From assembly GCA_964648765.1 (NCBI GenBank), contig CAZYLF010000001.1:229797-293796 (forward strand): a stretch of DNA of 64,000 nt, read 5' to 3'. Positions 9,156-16,961 of the stretch are shown here, in pieces. Origin of the DNA: an uncultured Candidatus Saccharibacteria bacterium. Lineage in GTDB: Bacteria; Patescibacteriota; Minisyncoccia; Phycocordibacterales; JACOZG01. Numbering within the stretch: position 1 is the stretch's first letter; every line of letters begins with the position of its first letter. Both the position numbers and the translations under genes were made by a program. The notes under the pieces were generated by a model. The model saw only the letters and a program-made list of their open reading frames with translations, was not told the origin of the DNA and did no database searches.

Positions 9156-9791
9156 CTATTTAAAATCATGGCTATCGCCACTTAACATTTTAATAAACTT
9201 TAAATTAAAGTTAGGTAAAATCCGCTGGCAAAAGTCTTGGGCAAAACTTGGGCCAATGCCGTCGTGCACACCGAAGGCGATTTGGGGTTTGAGTAAAATC
9301 GCGTAATCAATTGCCTGCGAGACCTTCATCCACGGTCCGGCCACGGGGAGAGCGAGTATCTCAACTTCACGATCGGGGTTGGTAAAAGCGTCGCCCGGGT
9401 ACCACAGTCTCCCGTCGATAAAGAATCCGATATTATCTGCCTGCGGCACCGATGAATGCATTTGAGCGTGCTTCTCGCCAATACCAACCACTCGGATTTC
9501 TCCTAGAGTAAAGTTCTGGTTGTGATCGATTTTCTCGTGAGCAATATTTTCTTTAGTTAAAAGCGCGCTCAGGGAATGATTGGTGTAAATTTTTACCTGG
9601 GGATTTTTAGTAAGTAAAATTTTAAGTGACTCAAGATGGTAGTGGTCTTGGTGCTCATGAGTAAATAAAATGTAATCCAAATTTTCAAGTTTGGAGTGAG
9701 CTTCCGCCGTATAAAACCCCGGGTCGGTGAGAATTCTCTTTCCTTTCGTTTCAATCAATAAACAGCAATGTCCAAATTTAGTAATTTTCAT
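9156..9791 (-). CDS. MBL-fold metallo-hydrolase
   Basis: FGHCC, TDPG, THEHQDH, YPGD, ILALPV, GVHD. Confidence 0.9.
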   Translation of the reverse strand: MKITKFGHCCLLIETKGKRILTDPGFYTAEAHSKLENLDYILFTHEHQDHYHLESLKILLTKNPQVKIYTNHSLSALLTKENIAHEKIDHNQNFTLGEIRVVGIGEKHAQMHSSVPQADNIGFFIDGRLWYPGDAFTNPDREVEILALPVAGPWMKVSQAIDYAILLKPQIAFGVHDGIGPSFAQDFCQRILPNFNLKFIKMLSGDSHDFK

Positions 9792-9938
9792 GACCCTATT
9801 TTATCATATCTAAATTTTGAAGACTGAGCGTTGCCAAGTTACACAAAACATGATAGTCAGAAGATGGAAATAGACCAGTTGGTGTGCGCTGACTTGGTAA
9901 AATATTGATCATTGTTACTTAACCTAAGGAGTTTGATC

Positions 9939-10631
9939 ATGGCGAAAAAAGCCACAAAGGCTGCGAGAAAGACGTGTTCGGGTTTTAAGGCTGCGGATGT
10001 TAAGCGAACTTGCAAGCGTTTGAGCAGTCTTGGATTCTTCACGGTGGATAAGATTGAGGTCTATCAGGCGTTGGGCTCAGACCAATATCTTAAAGATACG
10101 GATATCTTACTTGGCCGTATGGCTGATTACTTGCTTCCGACAGATGGCTGGGACCTTAAAAGAATCATCTTGGCTGCGCCCAAAAGTAGTGATTTAGTGA
10201 AGCGAGCACAAAAAATGTTGACTAAGCTGGTCAGATCCGAACTGGAGAAGGACAAGAATCTCAGTGAACTCTACATTCTCCGCCAGAAGACAATCTCAGG
10301 TACAAAACTGGAGCAGGCTGTTGAAGAGAGAATTATTGCGATTTACCAGGAACAGATGGCGCGCATCAGGAGTGTTAAGGACGCCTTCTATTTTTGGTTT
10401 GGTCTGCGGGATGTGAACCCCCCAGCGGTTATCAAAACCGAGGCGGCGGAAACCTTTGTTCGCCAAATTCAGAAAGAGGTGGGAAGTGCTGACTTGGTTG
10501 AATGCTCCACTATGCTCAGTTGGGATCTCAGGATGATTGAGAAAGAGATACCGCCGAGTTGTGTGGCGGCACGGGCTACGGTGATTCGGCGTGTGGCTGA
10601 GCTCCTGCGTCCTTCAGAAAAAAAGAAGTAG
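9939..10631 (+). CDS. Hypothetical protein
   Basis: Long ORF; AAGGAG SD before ATG 9939; followed by a long hairpin terminator. Confidence 0.65.
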   Translation: MAKKATKAARKTCSGFKAADVKRTCKRLSSLGFFTVDKIEVYQALGSDQYLKDTDILLGRMADYLLPTDGWDLKRIILAAPKSSDLVKRAQKMLTKLVRSELEKDKNLSELYILRQKTISGTKLEQAVEERIIAIYQEQMARIRSVKDAFYFWFGLRDVNPPAVIKTEAAETFVRQIQKEVGSADLVECSTMLSWDLRMIEKEIPPSCVAARATVIRRVAELLRPSEKKK

Positions 10632-10649
10632 TTTTGTTTTCAATATAAT

Positions 10650-10704
10650 CGCCTCGAGGGTTTACTGTCGTAAGTTTACGGCGTCAAATCCCGGGGCGGT
10701 TTTT
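10650..10704 (+). terminator. Long imperfect hairpin terminator
   Basis: CGCCTCGAGGG...TGTCGTAA-gt-TTACGGCG...TCCCGGGGCGG followed by T6. Confidence 0.65.
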
Positions 10705-10717
10705 TATCTTGATATTA

Positions 10718-11092
10718 TTATTTAGTGCTTGCTGATTTTTTACTTACACGCTTTGGGGCTTTGGTTGTTGTAAGGTCAGCCTTAATGTTTTTCCAGTGGC
10801 GTTTGAGATCGCTAGCCAAAGACATTACCTCATTTGGGTCTAGAGATTTCAGCATTTTGTATTTGTTCATCACGGTATCAACAACGGCATAATAGCGATC
10901 CTCATTTACTTCCTTCAAATTCTCAAATTTCTCTAAAACTTCACCTTTAGCTTTAAGCATCCAACCCTTTATCACTTTACGATTTTTTGGCGCATCTTTG
11001 CTTCCGTAGAGAAAGTAGGCGGCGGCTAAAGTCACTAAAACTCCTGCGCCCACACCGGCAATTGTTGCATTATTGTTTGTTTCTTTCTTCAT
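10718..11092 (-). CDS. Conserved hypothetical membrane-anchored protein (YtxH-like)
   Basis: Hydrophobic 'AAAYFLYG' anchor followed by a helical Lys-rich region. Confidence 0.7.
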   Translation of the reverse strand: MKKETNNNATIAGVGAGVLVTLAAAYFLYGSKDAPKNRKVIKGWMLKAKGEVLEKFENLKEVNEDRYYAVVDTVMNKYKMLKSLDPNEVMSLASDLKRHWKNIKADLTTTKAPKRVSKKSASTK

Positions 11093-11336
11093 TTTTTATA
11101 TTTTTACGATTAAAAAATTTTTTAAAATTCATACCTTTTTCCTTTAACCATTTGTGAAATTTGCGAATGTCGTTAATTGCCTCTTCACCTTCTTGCCGAA
11201 TGCTGTGAGATAACATTACACCGTGACGTAAAATTCGAATTAGATAAATAAAAGCTATTACAACAACAACGGTGATTATTATCACCGCAATAGTTGATAC
11301 AAAAAAGAAAATATCAGATTTTAGTACTTCTGCCAT
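11070..11336 (-). CDS. Hypothetical single-TM protein
   Basis: 'KSDIFFFVSTIAV' TM plus coiled tail; coupled to the downstream gene. Confidence 0.7.
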   Translation of the reverse strand: MAEVLKSDIFFFVSTIAVIIITVVVVIAFIYLIRILRHGVMLSHSIRQEGEEAINDIRKFHKWLKEKGMNFKKFFNRKNIKNEERNKQ

Positions 11337-11441
11337 TAACCCACTCTAGCACACAATCTAAGTTGACGTGGGCGAAAAATTAAAGTACTTTCAATTGTAG
11401 TGTAGGTCTTCGAAAGACTTTTTTAACGAAAGGAGGTAATT

Positions 11442-12632
11442 ATGGGTTTTAAGTTCCGTTACCTTGATCCAGTGTATGCCGCGATTTTTAGTCGTCATGC
11501 AGTGCTTAGTGAACAAGAGACAAACACCCTTATTGATGAGTTCAAAAGAGCTAAATCCAAAACTAAAAAAGCAAAGTTAATGAATCTTTTAGTTTTGGGT
11601 CACCAGAGATTAGTCGCCTCCATTGCTTTGCGTTACTCGGGGCGCGGAGTCCCACCTGATGATCTTATTCAAGAGGGCAATTTTGGTTTGATGAGGGCAG
11701 TGGAAAAATTTAACTTCACAGAAGCAAAATTTTCTACTTATGCCAGTCTTTGGATTAGATCGAAGGTCCGTCGTGCTTTGATTAACCAAAACGGTAGCCC
11801 GTGTGGTGTGTCAGTTTACGGTTACTATAAATCACCCAGACCAATCCGTGGTGAGTTGTCAAATTGTAATCTTGTGCAAGATAAATCATCTGCTTTACCT
11901 GAAACAAACACTATCGCTCGTGAAGAGTTGGCAGAATGTACACTGAGGCTGAGTAATTTTTTGGGTCTTGTGGCGATAGTTCCGACTAAAGCCAAGTCAC
12001 TCAAGGCTTTCAGACTTTACTATGGGCTAGGGCAATTTAATCCTAGGGCGCATGAAGATGTTGGTAAGATCATGGGTGTAACTCGTCAGAGAGTAAGTCA
12101 GTGGAATGCTCGCACTTGGCACATGCTCACCGTGATGGGTAACACATACGATGATTTGAGTTTGAAGCGGGAGTTCAAAAAGTTTGAGGAGCTTCAAAGC
12201 CTTCTGGGGGAGTTTAAAAAACCAGGCTTGATCAAACCTAAAAAATTCTCTCGCGCTGAAAAGGCGGGAATTTTAAATCGCCTACTCACACTGAAATGGG
12301 GCAAGTCATCTCAGGGTGAGGTCTGGGTAATTGTGTGTGAAATCGCAGATGCATTTGGTGTTTTGCCCGAGGAAGTATATGGACCCGTGAAGGATACACA
12401 TAATCGATCTAAGTCCTGGGTAAGAAAAATCGCAATGTATCTAGTAAGACTTGACCTCGGTCTTACTTGTGAGCGAGTGGCACATTTACTCAGGCTCGGA
12501 AATCCTGGAAAAGTGTCGTCTGCTTTTAACCACTTAAAATCAGAAGTTGATTTTAAGCCTGATTTGGCAAAAAAGATCGAGGCAATCCGGCGAAAGTATC
12601 TGCCGTTGATTAAGAAAGGAGAAACAACCTAA
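11442..12632 (+). CDS. Sigma-70 family factor fused to a C-terminal DnaA domain IV-like HTH
   Basis: Region 2 'RLVASIALRY..DLIQEGNFGLMRAVEKF..KFSTYA.WIR'; region 4 'RLYYGL..EDVGKIMGVTRQRVSQ'; C-terminal 'IADAFGV..RKIAMYLVR..IEAIRRK'; TTGACG-17-TACTTT promoter and AAGGAGG SD. Confidence 0.75.
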   Translation: MGFKFRYLDPVYAAIFSRHAVLSEQETNTLIDEFKRAKSKTKKAKLMNLLVLGHQRLVASIALRYSGRGVPPDDLIQEGNFGLMRAVEKFNFTEAKFSTYASLWIRSKVRRALINQNGSPCGVSVYGYYKSPRPIRGELSNCNLVQDKSSALPETNTIAREELAECTLRLSNFLGLVAIVPTKAKSLKAFRLYYGLGQFNPRAHEDVGKIMGVTRQRVSQWNARTWHMLTVMGNTYDDLSLKREFKKFEELQSLLGEFKKPGLIKPKKFSRAEKAGILNRLLTLKWGKSSQGEVWVIVCEIADAFGVLPEEVYGPVKDTHNRSKSWVRKIAMYLVRLDLGLTCERVAHLLRLGNPGKVSSAFNHLKSEVDFKPDLAKKIEAIRRKYLPLIKKGETT

Positions 12633-12668
12633 ACCACCGACTTACTTGCGTAAGCCGGTGGTCTTTTT
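12633..12668. terminator. Intrinsic terminator
   Basis: ACCACCGACTTAC-ttgc-GTAAGCCGGTGGT followed by a T tract. Confidence 0.75.
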
Positions 12669-12683
12669 ATATTTATTTAACTT

Positions 12684-13427
12684 TTACTTTCCGTCGTTTT
12701 TGAATCCAGCGTAAGCCTTCATGATTTCAAGTGGCACGGTGAAGACGATTGTGTTGGAAGCATCTGAAGAAATGTCATTGATGGATTGCAGTGTGCGCAA
12801 GTGGAGGGCTCCAGGCACAGCCGCAAGCATTTGGGCAGCCTCGGCCATATTTTTAGATGCTGCCAATTCTCCCTCAGAATTGATAATCACCGCGCGCTTC
12901 TCGCGTTCGGCCTCGGCTTGTTTGGCGATGGTGCGTTCCATATTTTCAGGTAAAGAAATATCTTTGAGTTCTACGTTGTTAACCTTTAAGCCCCAAGCTT
13001 CAGTCTCTTGGTCAACAATTTCTCTAATCCGATCGGCAATTTTGTCGCGACCAGCCAAAAGTTCATCGAGTGTAACTTCACCCACAATGTTTCGCATTGT
13101 GGTTTGGGCGTATTGCGAGATGGCATAATAAAAATTTTCAACTTCAATGATGGCCTTCTCCGCGGAAGCTACGCGATAATAAATTACGGCGTTCACGGTT
13201 ACAGAAACGTTATCACGCGTGATGGCGCGTTGGTCAGGCACGTCCACAGCCTTCACCCGCATGTCTACTTTGTGATAACTTTGGAAGACGGGAATTACTA
13301 AACGCCAACCAGGATTCATGATCCCGCTGTAGCGACCCATCGTAAACTTTACTCCGCGCTGATATTGATTAACTTGTCTTAAACTAATAAAAATTACAAA
13401 AACAATCGCGAAAATTAAATAAAACAT
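12684..13427 (-). CDS. SPFH/band 7 (stomatin-like) protein
   Basis: 'ITRDNVSVTVNAVIYYRV', 'QTTMRNIVGEVTLDELL', 'QAEAEREKRAVII', 'ALHLRTLQS'. Confidence 0.92.
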   Translation of the reverse strand: MFYLIFAIVFVIFISLRQVNQYQRGVKFTMGRYSGIMNPGWRLVIPVFQSYHKVDMRVKAVDVPDQRAITRDNVSVTVNAVIYYRVASAEKAIIEVENFYYAISQYAQTTMRNIVGEVTLDELLAGRDKIADRIREIVDQETEAWGLKVNNVELKDISLPENMERTIAKQAEAEREKRAVIINSEGELAASKNMAEAAQMLAAVPGALHLRTLQSINDISSDASNTIVFTVPLEIMKAYAGFKNDGK

Positions 13428-13463
13428 ATTCTGATATTAGCTTAAGTCGACGATATTTTCAAT

Positions 13464-13494
13464 AAAAAAAATGACCGAGCGCGCGGCTCGGTCG
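13464..13494 (-). terminator. Terminator, copy 1 of the TGACCGAGC family
   Basis: A8-TGACCGAGC-gcgcg-GCTCGGTCG. Confidence 0.7.
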
Positions 13495-13504
13495 GGGTGT
13501 TTTG

Positions 13505-13945
13505 CTAAATTAACTTACGCAACGCTTTTGTTGTTGATCTTACGGCTTTACGGAAACAGGGTTCACTGAAGCGGCACTGTGAGCAACCCGACACATCAGA
13601 AGCCTTTTTGTTTTTATATAGCCACGCACCAGGTGACCAGTGTCGATTTTCGTTGTAAACGAGTATCGGACCGCCCAGGATACTTACCGGGTACACATCC
13701 ACAATATTGTTGCTTTTGAGGAGCAGCCAAGAGTGATTGCAATTTGGGTAAAAGAAGCCATCTTTGACTTGGAGGTCAAACACTTTCCCCGTGGCCCTAG
13801 CCAAAATGTGACAAGACATGATTATCTTATTTCCGTTAGGATAATCTCCAAGTTCAAGATCGGGGAGTGCCTCAACCGCAGCGCGTATGCGTTTAAAAAT
13901 TTCAATATCAGCCTCCGGAATTCGTGACTGTATCCATGGTGTCAT
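13505..13945 (-). CDS. Hypothetical protein with transglutaminase/papain-like C-H-D pattern
   Basis: 'SCHILARA...HSWLL...IVDVYP'; AAGGAGG SD. Confidence 0.55.
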   Translation of the reverse strand: MTPWIQSRIPEADIEIFKRIRAAVEALPDLELGDYPNGNKIIMSCHILARATGKVFDLQVKDGFFYPNCNHSWLLLKSNNIVDVYPVSILGGPILVYNENRHWSPGAWLYKNKKASDVSGCSQCRFSEPCFRKAVRSTTKALRKLI

Positions 13946-14008
13946 TCCACACCTCCTTTCTAAAATTTAAACTACTCCTTCTTAGAAAAATGTAAAGGAT
14001 TTAGTGAT

Positions 14009-14040
14009 AAAAAAATGACCGAGCTGCGCTAGCTCGGTCG
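14009..14040 (-). terminator. Terminator, copy 2 of the TGACCGAGC family
   Basis: A7-TGACCGAGCT-gcgct-AGCTCGGTCG. Confidence 0.7.
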
Positions 14041-14044
14041 AGAG

Positions 14045-14185
14045 TTACTTCTTTTTCGGTTTTGGTTTAATTCTCCGTCTTATTGACCTGGTTTTTTTCT
14101 TGAGTGGTTTTCGTAAGCAGAGGGGATTATTTTCCTCATTCCATTTTCTCTGCCATATTTCCATGATCTGAGTTACTGTAAGCAT
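14045..14185 (-). CDS. Small basic protein (46 aa; below the ORF-track cutoff)
   Basis: GGAG SD then MLTVTQIMEIWQRKWNEENNPLCLRKPLKKKTRSIRRRIKPKPKKK; fills the gap between the upstream gene and the terminator. Confidence 0.5.
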   Translation of the reverse strand: MLTVTQIMEIWQRKWNEENNPLCLRKPLKKKTRSIRRRIKPKPKKK

Positions 14186-14194
14186 CAGTGTCTC

Positions 14195-14461
14195 CTAAAA
14201 AATACCCTTTAATTTGTTATGGTGAAAGACTTGGCGTCCATCCCAAACCCCACAACCCACAGCCGCTGTCTCACAAAAACGATCTTCACCACTTGTGGGG
14301 TCTAGATGATATCCAGCATGCACCAAACCTCCTCGGCTTGGCTCGGCAACATACTGGCCAATAAATATCGGTCCACCGCATATGATACATTTTTCTCGCC
14401 GATACCAAGGAGTGGATTTACAGAGTTTTCGCGCCCGCCATTTTCTTACCCATTTAAACAT
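14195..14461 (-). CDS. Hypothetical Cys/His-rich small protein
   Basis: GGAGG SD before ATG 14461 (MFKW...); CIICG..H..C pattern suggests Zn binding. Confidence 0.55.
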   Translation of the reverse strand: MFKWVRKWRARKLCKSTPWYRREKCIICGGPIFIGQYVAEPSRGGLVHAGYHLDPTSGEDRFCETAAVGCGVWDGRQVFHHNKLKGIF

Positions 14462-14472
14462 TACTATCCTCC

Positions 14473-14521
14473 TAAAAAGTGCCTCAACTTTTATCATATC
14501 CCACCCTTTATAATTTTCAAT
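14473..14521 (-). repeat. 49-bp direct repeat containing a sigma70 promoter (copy 1)
   Basis: TTGAAA-16-TATGAT; 47/49 identical to 14895-14943. Confidence 0.8.
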
Positions 14522-14876
14522 ATTTTCGATAGGGCGGGGTGATTGGTCCAACGTAGATTGGAGGACCGCCATATTGGTCGGCCGTGATATCAACTATTAG
14601 ATTGTTATCAAGTTGCAAGAAGGTGTGCGACTCATCAGCGTATTTACCTTTGATTATTTCTCCTTTTTTGAATAGGTGTTTAAGATAAACCGAGGCTAAT
14701 CCGCAATTTAGATTTGGGAACATCTTTTGTGCTCTAGTGACAAACTCTCGCGGATTTTTCAGCCGGTTATAACTTTGGTATAAATCGATCAATAACTTGG
14801 TATCGAGCGCTCCATTCTCAAAATCCTGTCGAGTTTTCGTCGCAATCAATCTTACCTCATTTATTTGTTTGGACAT
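14517..14876 (-). CDS. Hypothetical protein with transglutaminase/papain-like C-H-D pattern
   Basis: 'NCGLASVYL...HTFL...IVDITADQY'; AAGGTGG SD before ATG 14876. Confidence 0.6.
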   Translation of the reverse strand: MSKQINEVRLIATKTRQDFENGALDTKLLIDLYQSYNRLKNPREFVTRAQKMFPNLNCGLASVYLKHLFKKGEIIKGKYADESHTFLQLDNNLIVDITADQYGGPPIYVGPITPPYRKY

Positions 14877-14894
14877 ATACCACCTTACTTTCTG

Positions 14895-14943
14895 TAAAAA
14901 GTGCCTCAACTTTTATCGTATCTCACCCTTTATAATTTTCAAT
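14895..14943 (-). repeat. 49-bp direct repeat containing a sigma70 promoter (copy 2)
   Basis: TTGAAA-16-TACGAT. Confidence 0.8.
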
Positions 14944-14982
14944 GATTTAACGCGTCAAAGTTTCTTTTCAGCACTTTTTGAT

Positions 14983-15240
14983 TTAATTACCCCTCGCTAC
15001 GCTCAGAGTGACAATACAATTTTCCACTGCATCTTCTTTGGAGGGGAAGTACTCCTCAAAAGTCTCTGCCCTCCAGTGCCAAGATTTAGTTGTAGGACTA
15101 TACGTACTCCAACTTAGGCACTTTAGTTCTTGGTCGTAGGCATCACTGCCCAAGGGTTGGACTTTCTGAGACTTGCGCCAAAAATAGCCTGTTGTACTCA
15201 GCAAAATGATAACTAAAATTATCAAAATCTTATTTAGCAT
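14983..15240 (-). CDS. Hypothetical small membrane-anchored/secreted protein
   Basis: N-terminal hydrophobic helix and two Cys. Confidence 0.55.
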   Translation of the reverse strand: MLNKILIILVIILLSTTGYFWRKSQKVQPLGSDAYDQELKCLSWSTYSPTTKSWHWRAETFEEYFPSKEDAVENCIVTLSVARGN

Positions 15241-15379
15241 GAAATGATATTACCACAGGAATGATCCGATAAAAATACTAGGGCTCTTGAGAGTAATCTG
15301 ATCCTAGTCCTATTACCCTGTTAGGTTTTTATGTGGTTTAACAAAAAAGTTACGTTTTGAATATATTAATTTAGTAGAA

Positions 15380-15736
15380 TCATTTACTGTATAACAGGTA
15401 TGCATGTTTTATAAGTATGTTGTTTATTTGAGCATTTTGTAGTTCCATACTTCCGTGTTCAATAGAGAAAGTACTTTTTATGTTTTTGATAAAGTCATCT
15501 TTGGAATCCAGTAAAACAATTCTGGATAGGTCTCTAAGTTCGTTAGGATTTAGATTTTTTCTGAAGACATTAGCTATCTGGGATAAATCTTCTTGTGTGT
15601 CCAAATTAGAACCACCGATCACAACATCCCACAATGCGTTATCATCTCTTTTAACAATAATAAAAGTAGAAATATCCTTAGTGTTTCTAATTTCACTTAA
15701 GGAAGAACTGAGTTTGTTGATTATTTCTTTTTCCAT
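15380..15736 (-). CDS. Hypothetical protein, putative partner of the HEPN protein (possibly nucleotidyltransferase-fold)
   Basis: Starts 4 nt after the HEPN gene stop; 'WDVVI', 'LSRIVLLD', 'HAYLL'. Confidence 0.55.
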   Translation of the reverse strand: MEKEIINKLSSSLSEIRNTKDISTFIIVKRDDNALWDVVIGGSNLDTQEDLSQIANVFRKNLNPNELRDLSRIVLLDSKDDFIKNIKSTFSIEHGSMELQNAQINNILIKHAYLLYSK

Positions 15737-15740
15737 TTAA

Positions 15741-16157
15741 TTATATTTCTTTCCACAAATACCTCGCTATCCGCTGAGCTGATTTGACCGCCCCACTGGC
15801 TTGGCTGAGCATCATTTTACCCTTAATCGGAGCGTAACGCATTTCAGGATTCCACTGCAACAATATACTCCAGTCAGCTAGATAAGTGCTTTTTATCTTA
15901 TTGCCAATATGCGGCGGAACTTGTTTTAAAAGTTCTTCAAGATTATGAGTCTTTATCCTGGCCACAGCGTTAAACTCTTCATTAGTGTGAGGAATGCCAG
16001 ACAGGCAAATATTTTTACAAATTATTGCCTTTAAAGCTATTTCAATTGCGTATCCGGAGATATACAAAGACCCCTCATACGATTTGTTCTTGAGTAGAAT
16101 TTTTGAGTCTTTGATGCGAGCCCTGGATATTTTATCTAACTCTTGAGTGGATATCAT
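15741..16157 (-). CDS. HEPN domain protein
   Basis: 'YISGYAIEIALKAII', 'KTHNLEELL', 'WNPEMRY'. Confidence 0.75.
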   Translation of the reverse strand: MISTQELDKISRARIKDSKILLKNKSYEGSLYISGYAIEIALKAIICKNICLSGIPHTNEEFNAVARIKTHNLEELLKQVPPHIGNKIKSTYLADWSILLQWNPEMRYAPIKGKMMLSQASGAVKSAQRIARYLWKEI

Positions 16158-16177
16158 GGATTCATTAACTCTCTTGC

Positions 16178-16615
16178 TTAGCGAACCCGTCTTACTTGTA
16201 CAGTTTCGCTCATACCATCTACACTTAGCTCTGTACCATTAATACCGTCAATAACCGTCGCTTCTGGTCTATAGGCGTAATGGTAACTGTATTTGTATTC
16301 AGACTGTTCCCAGATGGTACCATTTTGAAATTCAAATTTTGCATCTTGAAAAAAACCTTTGAAATCAGAGACAATGGGGCCACTCTGAAGCTTGCTTACA
16401 CGGATTACTTCAATAGGTGGGCAACCACTAATCTGGACCTCCAATACCCATTTTCCCGCAGATTTATAAATGCGCACATATGGACGATATGCATATTTGT
16501 ACATGTATTTATAACGCCTTTGCTGCCACACCTGCCCATTGGTCAAATTAAAAACAGCCCCACCGTTAAAACCAGTGAATGCCCCAGAAATCTGACTATT
16601 AATTTCTTGGTCCAT
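16178..16615 (-). CDS. Hypothetical protein with two ~70-aa internal repeats
   Basis: 'F.GF....F...NG..W.Q..YKY.Y.YAYRP' occurs twice. Confidence 0.65.
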   Translation of the reverse strand: MDQEINSQISGAFTGFNGGAVFNLTNGQVWQQRRYKYMYKYAYRPYVRIYKSAGKWVLEVQISGCPPIEVIRVSKLQSGPIVSDFKGFFQDAKFEFQNGTIWEQSEYKYSYHYAYRPEATVIDGINGTELSVDGMSETVQVRRVR

Positions 16616-16703
16616 TTTTATAGATTATATCAAAATATTAAGTAATAAATGGCCCGCACAAAGCAAGGATATCTTTGTAAAGTTTTTCGAGTGTGACATG
16701 GCT

Positions 16704-16855
16704 TAACTGCCGGCCAGGACTCTCCCGCGCCTCTTGTCTCGCCGCCGCTCGACTCGGGCTGGGCACCGCCTCGCGAATTTATTTGCTAATAAATTAACGC
16801 TCCGGCGTCCTCGTCCCTGGCGCGAGTGAAGCAGTTCACTCGCTGCCGGCAGTTA
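16704..16855. repeat. Structured palindromic element bounded by inverted copies of the tRNA-Gln 3' end
   Basis: TAACTGCCGGC...GCCGGCAGTTA terminal inverted repeat; CTGCCGGCCAGG(G)ACTC matches tRNA 26113-26129; internal hairpins. Confidence 0.75.
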
Positions 16856-16871
16856 TCCGCTACGCTCCTAA

Positions 16872-16961
16872 CTGGGGCTCTTGTCTGACGTTAGAACCCT
16901 TTTACTACAAGGTGAGAGCGAGTTTTATTATCGTTGCCCAGCATTTGCTATGCAGAGCTAA
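16872..16961 (+). other. Detached 3' end of the recombinase gene (attP-derived), LGLLSDVRTLLLQGESEFYYRCPAFAMQS*
   Basis: In frame with recombinase codon 532 (CTG) after predicted excision; its TAA overlaps the TAG of the convergent DUF2726 gene. Confidence 0.7.

Noticed and set aside
16707-16722. CTGCCGGCCAGGACTC as the island's left att repeat
   Set aside because: It looks like a classical tRNA 3' duplication, but it is one arm of the palindromic trailer. The CTG at 16872 explains both the in-frame integrase tail and the TAACTG flank, so it is the better junction; this one remains a fallback.
16704-16855. Second tRNA or intron-containing tRNA gene
   Set aside because: Only acceptor/T-stem sequence is present; no D-arm or anticodon arm.
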